Shown in pieces: positions 50,101-60,000 of a DNA stretch of 60,000 bases (positions are counted from its first letter, which is position 1; the number at the start of each line of letters is the position of its first letter). The position numbers were made by a program, and so were the translations under genes. The notes beneath the pieces were generated by a model. That model saw only the letters and a program-made list of their open reading frames with translations. It had not been told where the DNA came from and made no database searches. This DNA is from Lama glama (lineage: Eukaryota): contig CM052832.1 of assembly GCA_028534125.1 (NCBI GenBank), forward strand, positions 11,906,001 to 11,966,000. The letters are read 5' to 3'.

Positions 50101-51689
50101 AAGTCAAACATAATATAGAGAAAAAAAGGTAATAGTTTCCTTCTTCTCCCCCAATCACATGATCCTAAAGAAACTTACTTTGAAAAGTTGGTGTATATCT
50201 GTCCTTCAGCATCATTCTCTAAGTTTATAAATCAGTATAAACATGTTGTGGTAGGCTGAAAAATGACACATTCTTGTTTTGCTCACATTTTACTCTCCCA
50301 AACTAGTCATATGGCCACGCTTGAGTTCACTAGAGCAAGGAAATGAAATTCTTCTACAAGGCAAGTCCCTGAATATCTATGAAGAGTTGATCAAGTCTGT
50401 GATGACACACACTGATATGTGCAGGCAATAGAAAAATCGCAAGTCATATGGGAGCATTAAATGGCTTGAAGGAGGTAAACCAAGACCAACTGAAACAGAA
50501 CAGGCAACTCCTGCTGTCAGTGGGATAAATGGCTTCTCCCAGAGCTGCCTTTATCCTTCTACTGAGGTACACACAGGGCCCTTCAGGCAGCCACTGGACT
50601 GAACATTCTTCTGCCCAGGTTCAGAAAGAGGCAAGACTCCTCCAAGTCTTTGGCATAGTAACATCAGTACATGTATGTGTCCTGGGCTTCTGCCATAATG
50701 GTCTACACTGGTCTCTCAAGAAAGACCCTGAAGTCTCAGAAAATGTCCCTTTCAGGATCAGATGTCTCTCTGGAAGAAAGGTAACCAAGGATGTTTGTTC
50801 AGAAGACACTACCTCACCATTTGGTTCTTGGTCATTTTATCTTGGCTTCTTTCTCCAAGCCAAGAATTTTTCTAAAAGTTCATCCTAGTCCTTTACATCT
50901 TGGCCATCCACCACCCCACTGTGTGCTTCTGCAGGTCTCATCTCTCTTGCAGCTTGATCGCTATGTTTTGTTTACCATCACTGGGATAATCATTAACGTT
51001 GCTCACTGATGTCTGGTTCTCCTCTCCTCTGGATACATAGTAGGATCCACTTCCTGGCTTCTATGAGGTTGGTTCTGTGACTGGTTCTGGCATGAATTGT
51101 GAGTAGAAATGGGGTTTGTCATTTCTGGACCAGAAAATTTGTTAGTGTGAGCCCTCCAGAGCCCTCTCTCTTTTCCTTCTGGAAAAAGCCACTGATATTT
51201 TGGGCTTATTTTTTAACTGTTGCATAACCTAGCCTGTCTTGACTGAAACTTTCACATACCTTTTCCAGGTATTTAAAATATACATGACAAATTAGAGGCA
51301 CTTATAATAATATTTTATAAGTCTAAAGACACACAATGGATAGAAAATGTTCCCTAACTCTCAAGGTACAATTATAGTCCCAGCACTCTTCTTTCCAAGT
51401 CATATTTAAATTGGCTCAAGCACCCAGATGCCAGTTAGGAAGGAAATTCAGAATCACTCTATTTAGCAATTCCCACTTACTCTACATTGATTTTTCTCAA
51501 TGTAGTTTACACATCTTCTGTATTACACTCACCCAAGGTGTATGTCAGAAACAGACTCCAATAGTAGCCCTCAAATCAGAATCTCTGGTAGAACTGATAT
51601 GCCCCCACATCATTCTTATACACACACACATGTGATCTTTTTTAGTCTGAAATTACCTTGCTCTACATTGTCTGAGTCCCACATGACTT

Positions 51690-51897
51690 CTAGACTAGCA
51701 TTAGCCAACAGAACGTTCTGCATTGATAGAAATGTTCTGTACATGTCCTGATCAATTCAGTAGCCACTAGCCACACTAGTAGTTATTGAACTCATGAAGT
51801 GTGACTAGTGTGACTAAGGAATTGAATTTTAAATTTAGTTTAATTTAAATAGCCACATGTCATCAGAGGCTACCATATTGGACAGTGCGATTCCAGA
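51690..51897. mobile_element. MER3-like hAT-Charlie MITE
   Basis: ccaacagaacgttctgcattgatagaaatgttct...gtagccactagccac...ggctaccatattggacagtg. Confidence 0.8.
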
Positions 51898-53773
51898 CTG
51901 ACTGTTACTCCTCAAGAGCAAAAACTATATCTTCAATTTATATACCCTCTCTGTGCCTGACCCAGAGTAACCCAGTAAATAAAAACTGAAATAGGAAATA
52001 GTCTTGCACTACTTCCATTTTTTGAGGTTCCTGGTATATTAAGAAAAGAAATTCCAAAACAGGATTACAAAAAGTGTTTTCCAGACAAGCATTTTAAATC
52101 TTTACCTTACACTTACAAAGCAGCCCTATTGTCCTATTCTCAAGATAAATAGAGGATTAAAATATTAAATCATAGACACATTGGTGTCTGATGACAATAC
52201 CTAATAGTCATGGGGCACTCAATTACCTACCTTTGATTTAGCAAATATAAAAGATGTATTAAGACAATGATGAACCCTACTTAGGCTCTTTCCATGTACC
52301 TTCAGTTAAAATGTATATGTGTGAATATATACTCCAGTATATACAAATCAGATCACTAGTACATGAGGTAGAAAGGGGTTTAAAACAAAAAAAATATGAT
52401 TTAGATTAGATATAGGAAAACTAATTCTTCATAATGTGGTCACTGAGAGAGTTACGAGGAAAGGGTTCGGAGAATTTGAGACTTGAAGTTTTCCACTTAT
52501 GTTTACCAGCCATTACTTTACCTATCTACCTCCCCCAGGAGAAAAAAGCAAAATTAAAAGTGGCATTCTGTAGATATGCAATACCATTAAAAGTTATTTG
52601 AAAATAAATCATTGTTTAGCCAGTATAAAACCCTGGAGACGTTATAACCTAAACATTCTTATCAGCATGGAAGGATTCATAAGTTTTAACTCTTTAACCC
52701 TCTGAAGTGAGGGTAATGGACTATCTATAAGGTAGTCATCATTAAACATTTATTACTCACTTCCTTAGCTTTCCCAAAATCAACCTGAAGTGGCTAGTGC
52801 AATTATACACATGACGTAAAAATTATAAATAAGTCCAAGCAAGAGAAAACTCAAATTTAAATAGAAGGTTAGAAACAGGGAATAAATTAGGATGCAGATG
52901 TGCAGTCCACAGATTCCTATGCAAGCACTAAAGCTGTGCTAAAAATTGACTCAGAGTTTCTTGACAGCCAAAGGGAAAAGGGCAACACATGTAGTTACAT
53001 AATCTACTTGTCTGTAAGGAAGACACATCAGTTACTTAAGGGTAGCCAAGCTTTTCATGACACTTGGCTCTGAAAGAAAATTCTCCCATGGGATCTTCCA
53101 TAAGGAACATAAAACATGACAACTCTACAGCAAATGCACTAGTGTGCTCTGTGGTGCTGTCTCTTGTAGAATCCCTTAATGTATACAGAGGACAACATTC
53201 AAAAGACAAGTCAGTAAAACATTCCTGGTAGCGGGTGAGAATGGTTTCTGTGTGTATGAGCTCGGACAGTGTGGTCAGGTATGCAGTTTTCTGAGGGACC
53301 AACTAATATTCTGGCTGACCGGAGGCAGATACAGATTGTCTAGAATTCAGTAATCTGATCAGCAGATGGTAGGTGGTTGACAGCCTTTTGTGAAGAGTGA
53401 GTCGTCCCATAGAGATTCTCTCCCGAATACGAACATTTCTCTCTACATGGTGGTGGAAAGAGGGAGCATCTGCAGGCAACACAGACTTTTCCTTAAAAAA
53501 AAAAAAGTCAACAGTAAGAAAAATGAAATGTTCAAGTGTGTGAAGTTCTAAGCAGTAGAGCAGATGGTCTGCAAACACACAAACAAGTCATGTATTTTAA
53601 ACAAAGTTCACATTAGTTAATTAGTTACCACTATTTAGAAATCAATAGATTTTGAATCTGGCAACCCCTGACGTTCACATTCCACTTGGCAATGATCTGC
53701 TGGCTGATTATAGAGCACTTGCCCATCCTTTAGGCAACTGAATGCCCTGTAGGAGAATGAAGATTTGGGTTGA

Positions 53774-55131
53774 GCAAAAAATGGAATAAAGACAGTCTCT
53801 TCAGTGAATGGTATTGGGAAAACCAGACAGCAGCATGTAAATCAATGAAGCTAGAACACTCCCTTATACCACACACAAAAATAAACTCAAAATGGATCAA
53901 AGACTTAAACATAAGACAAGATACAGTAAACCTCCTAGAAGAAAACATAGGCAAAACATTATCTCACATACATTTCAAAAATGTTCTCCTAGGGCAGTCT
54001 ACCCAAGCAATAGAAATAAAAGCAAGAATAAACAAATGATATNNNNNNNNNNNNNNNNNNNNNNNNNNNNNNNNNNNNNNNNNNNNNNNNNNNNNNNNNN
54101 NNNNNNNNNNNNNNNNNNNNNNNNNNNNNNNNNNNNNNNNNNAGCTCATACGACTTAAGAAAAAAAATACCCAATCCAAAAATGGGTGGAAGACCTAAAC
54201 AAGCAATTCTCCAGTGAAGAAATACAAATGATCAATAGGCACATGAAAAAATGCTCAATATCACTAATTATCAGAGAAATGCAAATCAAAACTATGAGGT
54301 ATCGCCTCACACCAGTCAGAATGGCCATTCAAAAGTCCAAAAATGACAAATGCTGGAGGGGCTGTGGAGAAAAGGGAACCCACATACACTGCTGGTGGGA
54401 ATGCAGTTTGGTGCAGCCACTGTGGAAAGCAGTATGGAGATTCCTCAAAAGATGAGGAGTAGACTTACCATATGACCCAGAAATCCCACTCCTGGGCATA
54501 TATCCAGAGGGAACCCTACTTCAAAATGACACCTGCACCCCAATGTTCATAGCAGCACTATTTACAATAGCCAAGACACGGAAACAGCCTAAATGTCCGT
54601 CAACAGATGACTGGTTAAAGAAGAGGTGGTATATTTATACGATGGAATACTATTCAGCCACAAAAACGACAACATAACGCCATTTGCAGCAACATGGGAT
54701 GTCCCTGGAGAATGTCATGGTAAGTGAAGTAAGCCAGAAAAAGAAAGAAAAATACCATATGAGATCGCTCATATGTGTAATCTAAAAAAAAAAAAGAAGA
54801 AGAAAGAGAAAAAGACAAATGAACATAAATACAAAACAGAAACAGACTCATAGACATAGAATACAAACTTGTGGTTGCCAGTGGGGAGGGGAGTGGGAAG
54901 GGACAGAGTGGGAGTTCGAAATTTGTAAATACTGACAGGCATATATAGAATAGATAAACAAGATTATACTGTATAGCACAGGGAAATATACACAAGACCT
55001 TGTGGTAGCTCACAGTGAAAAAGAATGCGACAATGTATATATGTATGTTCATGTATAACTGAAAAATTGTACTCTACACTAGAAATTGACAAAACACTGT
55101 AAACTGACTATAACTCAATTTTTAAAAAGAA
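53774..55131 (+). mobile_element. 5'-truncated young L1 (ORF2 3' part, 3'UTR) with TSD; contains a 100-N gap at 54043-54142
   Basis: WNKDSLFSEWYWEN..PHTKINSKWIKDLN and [19 protein letters not shown] (ORF2 Cys-rich region); atttgggttga at 53763-53773 and 55132-55142. Confidence 0.93.
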
Positions 55132-56204
55132 ATTTGGGTTGAAAATTTTTCAAAGAAGAACTTATCAGTTGCTCACTCCGGCTGTAGAAAAATCTGAATA
55201 ATGCTCCTATAAAATATATGGCTTTTAGCAAGGTGACTGGCCAGTAAATCTACCTGGAAGAATTACTTGCAAAACATACCCTTAAACAAAAAAATGAATC
55301 TAGTACTGAGTTACTGGATCTAAGCAAATTAAATTTCAGGACATGTAACTAAAATAATTATTTTAGTTTTGGAACAGGTGACCATTATCCATTCTTTCTG
55401 ACAAATGCTGAACCACAAAATCAACTGTACATTAAAGTTAATTATAATAAAATATCATCAGCATTAAGGAAGATGATTGACTTTATTATCTCTGAAGAAA
55501 GGCAGCATATATTCAAATAATCTAAAAGTGATTTCAAATTTACATGTTGGTTAAAAAATAAGGTGGGCCACACTTGCCTGCTTTATGCTACCTGAAGTTC
55601 TTTCTGATCTGTCTGAAAACCAATTATATTGTTTTGGATTTTCAAGGTCACAGAAATCCTGGTTTTATAGGAACTAGGATTCTTTATTGAACTCATGGAA
55701 CCTAAGCTGAAACTAGTTCTTGTCCACTGGGTCAAAGCATGAGAAATGCAAAACTGTAACCTCTCTTTTAAAAACAAAATTTACTTTTTCTAATTATAAA
55801 ACAAATATACAATGTCAACAATTTAAAAAGTAAAGAAGATTTTATTCTCTCTCCCCACACTTTTTATTTTGAAAATTTTCCAACCAACTGAATACAGATA
55901 TGCAGGCCAAGAGTCCTCTCAATTACTAATGCTGAGCCACAAATTTCTCAGAGCTTCTTGGCTCCAAGTGAAAGGAGAAAACAGCCAGTTATGTAATTCA
56001 CATTGCCTATGAGGAGAGAACACATCAGTTATTCAAGGGTGGCCAAGTGTTTCACAGCAATTGGCGAAAAGAGAAAATTTATCTTGTGTTCATTTAATAA
56101 TGAATACAAAGCCATACCATGCACAACAACCCTACATTAATTGCCCTGGTGAGTTCTGAAAATGGTGTTACTTAGAATCTCTCAGTGTTATCAGAGAGTA
56201 AGTG

Positions 56205-56460
56205 AAGGCAGCAGCCTGGGGCATAAGAGCATGGACTCTAGAACCCCACTACCTGACCTTAATTCTTGGCTCCATCACTTTAATTGTGTGACCTTGGGTA
56301 AATTACTTAAACTTCCTGTGCCTTAGTTTCCTGATTTATAAAGTATTGTGATTAATAATATCACCTAACTCAAAGGGCTATTATGAGACTTAAATGAGTT
56401 AATGCCCGGAATGTACCTGAAACAGTACCTGGCACATAGTAAGTATCATCATTATTACAG
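56205..56460 (+). mobile_element. MIR SINE (further MIR/L2 fragments at ~56560-56740, ~57400-58000 and ~58890-59680)
   Basis: tgtgtgaccttgggtaaattacttaaacttcctgtgccttagtttcctgatttataaa...acagtacctggcacatagtaag. Confidence 0.8.
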
Positions 56461-58116
56461 TAAATGCTAAAATAAAGGTGTGCACATGATGTACTAGTAC
56501 AGAGGAAGGTCACTTAGACCAAATAGGGCCTGAGGGAAAGTTTCCTGGAAAGACGATGCCTTGCCTACTACTTAACTGCTGTTGGTATGACCTTGGCCAA
56601 ATTGCTTAAACTTTGTATCCCGCACTGCAAAAACAGCGATATAATGTCAGTTATTGATACAGTAAGTTGATGTTTGTTAAATTAAATGAGATAATATATG
56701 AAGATTAGATGAGCAAATGGAGCAGGTAATAAATAAATGTTTCCTCTTGGATCTGGTGGAAAAAAATTACTCTTGCATTCAATTTTTATGTGTCCATTTT
56801 TCCCTATTGAATAGTGTACTTAATTTAGAAGTAGCTGTGCATAAACAGTCATTCAGCTCACAACAGTTACCTAGAAATAATGTTAAATGATCAGCGTTGG
56901 CTTAGTACAACTCCCTGGTTTTTTTTTTCTTTTAGTCACCTTGGAAATGCCTTGGTATAGATATGTCTATTTTTGAGGCACATTTTGCCCACTCAGAGAA
57001 TAGGTAAATATAATACCTTGATTTACATTTGGCAAAAAATGATTGCATCCTCATCTGTATCACTTTATGCATCCCTCATGTCACTTCACACAGAATTCTA
57101 TTATAGTATGTAGTATATTGTTACAGTCACAGTTCATTCAATATATACCTTGCTTTGTTTGAAAAACAGCTATGGCAAGTAGTTACATACTTACATATTT
57201 ATCCAAACATATCCTTCCAAAACTGAGTTTGTTGAGTAATTGTATCCTATCCATATCCATAGTATCTGGATATAAGCTGGCACATAATACACTGACTCTC
57301 ACTGTTTGGAGAAATGAGTCGGTTTTGAATGTGCTGTTATAAGCAAATGAGTCTACTATAAAATTAGGGAGATTCTAGGAATTTATGTGAAAATCATATA
57401 CAGCCTGATCCTTTCTCCTTTAGAAAAAAGCAAAGCATGGACTAGTTAAGTGATTTGCCCAAGCTAGTTAGTGACCAGAACCAGGGCTAGAACCTCAAAC
57501 TCCCATCAACCAGTCCAGACGCCAATCCACTATACTGACCTACATTTCAGACCCAGGTAATTTGATGTTTATCTCTATAGCATCACTAAAGTTGCTATTG
57601 TTGGTCACCACTTTTGTGTTGCTAAATCCAGACAATGCTATTCAGCCCTTATGCCTGACCTATTTGTGGTCTCTGACTCTGCTGACCTCCTCTCCATCCT
57701 GCAGTTCTTTCCTACCTTGGCTTCAGAGGTATTATGATCACCTAGTTCTTTTATCTCTTTGGCCATTGTTCCTCAGACTTCTTTGTGGGCTTCTGTTCAT
57801 CTGCCACTGCCTTTTTAAATGTACTTCCTCTTTATTGTTTCTTCTTTATTTTCTGATTGATCTCATCCATGTTTAGGACTTAAATTACCAGTTACAAGTT
57901 AATGCCCTCTAAATCTATTTTATTTTAACTCAACTTCTCTCCTCATTCACAGACCTGTGTAATTCAACTGCTTATTGGATATTTCCTTCTGGATGTGAAG
58001 GTTCCCTCTATCAATCACACTGCAGTAGTCGTTGAGGGAGCCCAATAAACTGCACCCTTTTTTTTTCCAGATAGAGGAGAATGCAGCAGGAGACCAACTA
58101 TCATCTTTATTACTGA

Positions 58117-58545
58117 ATGTATTAGTTTCCTATTACTGTATAACAAATTACCACAAACTTAGTGGCTTAAAACGACACAAGTTTATTATTTTACAGTTCA
58201 GGAGATCCAGAAACCTTAAATTAAGGGCCTTGGCAGGGCTACATTCTTTCTGGGGGCGCTAGTGGAGAATCTATTTCCTTGCATTTTCCAGGTTCTAGAT
58301 GATGCTTGCATTCCTAAAGTCAGATATGCAGATTCCTAAAATTCTTCTCTCTGACCTCTGCTTTCTTCTCTAACTCTGATTCTTCTGCTTCCAGCTCAGC
58401 CAAGATAATTCAAGATAATCTCCCCAGCTCAAGATCCTTAATTTAATACACCTGCAAAGTCTCTTTTGCCATGTAAGGTAATGTTGACAGGTTCTGGAGA
58501 TTAGGACATGAACATCTTTCAGGGGCCATAATTCTGTATACTACT
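58117..58545 (-). mobile_element. MLT1B/C-like MaLR solo LTR
   Basis: tgtattagtttcctatt...acaaattaccacaaacttagtggcttaaaac...ctgcaaagtctcttttgccatgtaaggta...ggggccataattc. Confidence 0.85.
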
Positions 58546-59734
58546 GACAGAGTTGGTATTGGCTATTACCTGTGGATAAAGAGCTCCCTGATGCTAAACT
58601 CTTAATTAAATAGGTTTATTAACTTTGTAGCCCTGGACTAGGCACCCTTAATCCCACCCCCAGGCCCTGCTCCTGGTGTATCAGAGAAGAACAGCAAGGC
58701 CGTTCCCTGATGCAGCTTTCTTTCAGGAAGAAAAAAAATGGGATGGGCTACATGTGTGCAGTTTCTCTTTTTAAATTTACCACTGCTCCAGAGAGGGGTG
58801 AGCTGGGGGTGGGTGCAGTGAGAGGCCAGGTGTATTAACGGATGTCACTCCATATGGAGGGAGATATCATGAGTGGAGAATAAGTGTTTCCCCAACAAAC
58901 ATATCCATATTTGAACTCATTGTCATATGCCACAGATCTGATTATCTTCCTGGGATAGTAACCACCACTATCTAGTAACTTAGATCAGAAACTTGTGGAT
59001 AACCCAGGCTCATCTTTCTTCACATCTTGCTAAATGTTTCCACCATCTACCCCAGCACCCATGCTAGAAACTTGGTCTACTCATTTATCCCTCACTCAGT
59101 GCTGTCAAGTCTACCACCTCAACAGTGCTCACTTCTATCCCTTCCTCTGCATTCCCATAGCCAATATTTTGGTTAAGACTCTGATCCCCTCTCATCTAGA
59201 GTACAGCAAAGGCCTCATAATTGGTTTCCTTGCCTCAGGCCTTTTTCTTCCTATTTTCACTTCCATTCTTTTACTCACGAAGCTTCCATTGCCTCGAGTT
59301 ATGTCCTTTCCAGTACTCTCTCCAAACCCCCACACCCCGGACCTCCAGTTTGCTCAAGGGTAAATAACTGACTGTCCAACATCCAGGATCAGACTCGAAT
59401 CTAGGTTTTTCTGACTCCAAAGTCCGTGCTTTTAACTGTTTTAGCTCGACTGTCTTTTCTTCCAATACATTTTAAAGTACAACGGGCTTTATGCTTTACA
59501 AAGCACTTTTGCATGCTTCGCTCCCTTTTAGCCTCAACACTCTCCAACTTGGCAGGATGGATATTGTTATCCTCATTTATAAAAATGAGGAAACAGTCAG
59601 AGGAATCAAGGTTTGGTCCATCACACACTGCTGCTGAGTTATCGAGTGTTACTCAGCTGTCTTCCACAGTAACCGCACACTCAGCCTCTTCTGGTCCTAG
59701 TCCTTGGAGAACCTTTCTGCATCTGGCAGAAGTG

Positions 59735-60000
59735 GCCGATGGGGTTCACGCCAGTCTAGACGAGGCCACTGTTCTTTCAACCACAGGTGCCCCGGCAATC
59801 TCGGCAGGGACTTTCCATTTGCAGTGACGCCACACAGTGACGTATAGTGACGTGACTTATTCGCAGCCAGGTGCCGGTAGGGCAGCCACACCCAGAGGCC
59901 CCCTGCTCAGGAGGGCAGAGGGTCGGGAGGGTGGGGGAAAGCGGCAAAGCCCGCGGGACACGACCTCCGGCCCTAAGCCCTAGGATCCCGCCCATCCGCC
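59735..60000. promoter_or_regulatory. Start of a CpG island; probable BTBD9 promoter
   Basis: Sharp rise in CpG/GC content, clustered GTGACG motifs and a GC box (ccgccc ~59987). BTBD9 identity rests only on conserved mammalian gene order; no BTBD9 exon is visible. Confidence 0.6.

Noticed and set aside
59426..59827. 133-aa ORF near the right edge
   Set aside because: Spans a MIR fragment and the CpG-island margin; no similarity to BTBD9 or any protein I recognise.
1..60000. Prokaryote-type systems (CRISPR arrays, operons, defence islands), rRNA or tRNA genes
   Set aside because: The sequence is intron-exon structured mammalian DNA; no repeat-spacer arrays or structured RNA genes were seen.

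Overview
This is mammalian genomic DNA, most likely from a camelid (inferred from the young LINE-1 3' ends and the absence of Alu, Bov-A/BovB or PRE-1 type repeats). It covers the conserved DNAH8-GLO1-BTBD9 neighbourhood. On the minus strand (1-9.5 kb) are the first five coding exons of axonemal dynein heavy chain 8, which runs off the left edge. On the plus strand (19.7-43.4 kb) is a complete six-exon GLO1 (glyoxalase I, 184 aa, metal ligands Q34/E100/H127/E173 intact) with a CpG-island promoter, an ARE next to the ATG and a ~1.4 kb 3'UTR. The right edge enters a second CpG island, probably the BTBD9 promoter by synteny. The rest is mostly transposon debris (L1, L2, MIR, MLT1, MER, a near-full-length Tigger1 and its non-autonomous derivative), and all three assembly gaps lie in or at L1s. 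I see no convincing wholly new biological system. The best leads are two in-phase, exon-like minus-strand blocks between GLO1 and the right-hand CpG island, a 29-nt DNAH8 5'UTR micro-exon candidate, an Ig-like motif and a poison-exon candidate in GLO1 intron 1, an inverted Tigger1 pair, and His at GLO1 position 136 where human has Tyr. Repeat family names and boundaries are from visual recognition and are approximate, and comparisons to human proteins are from memory.
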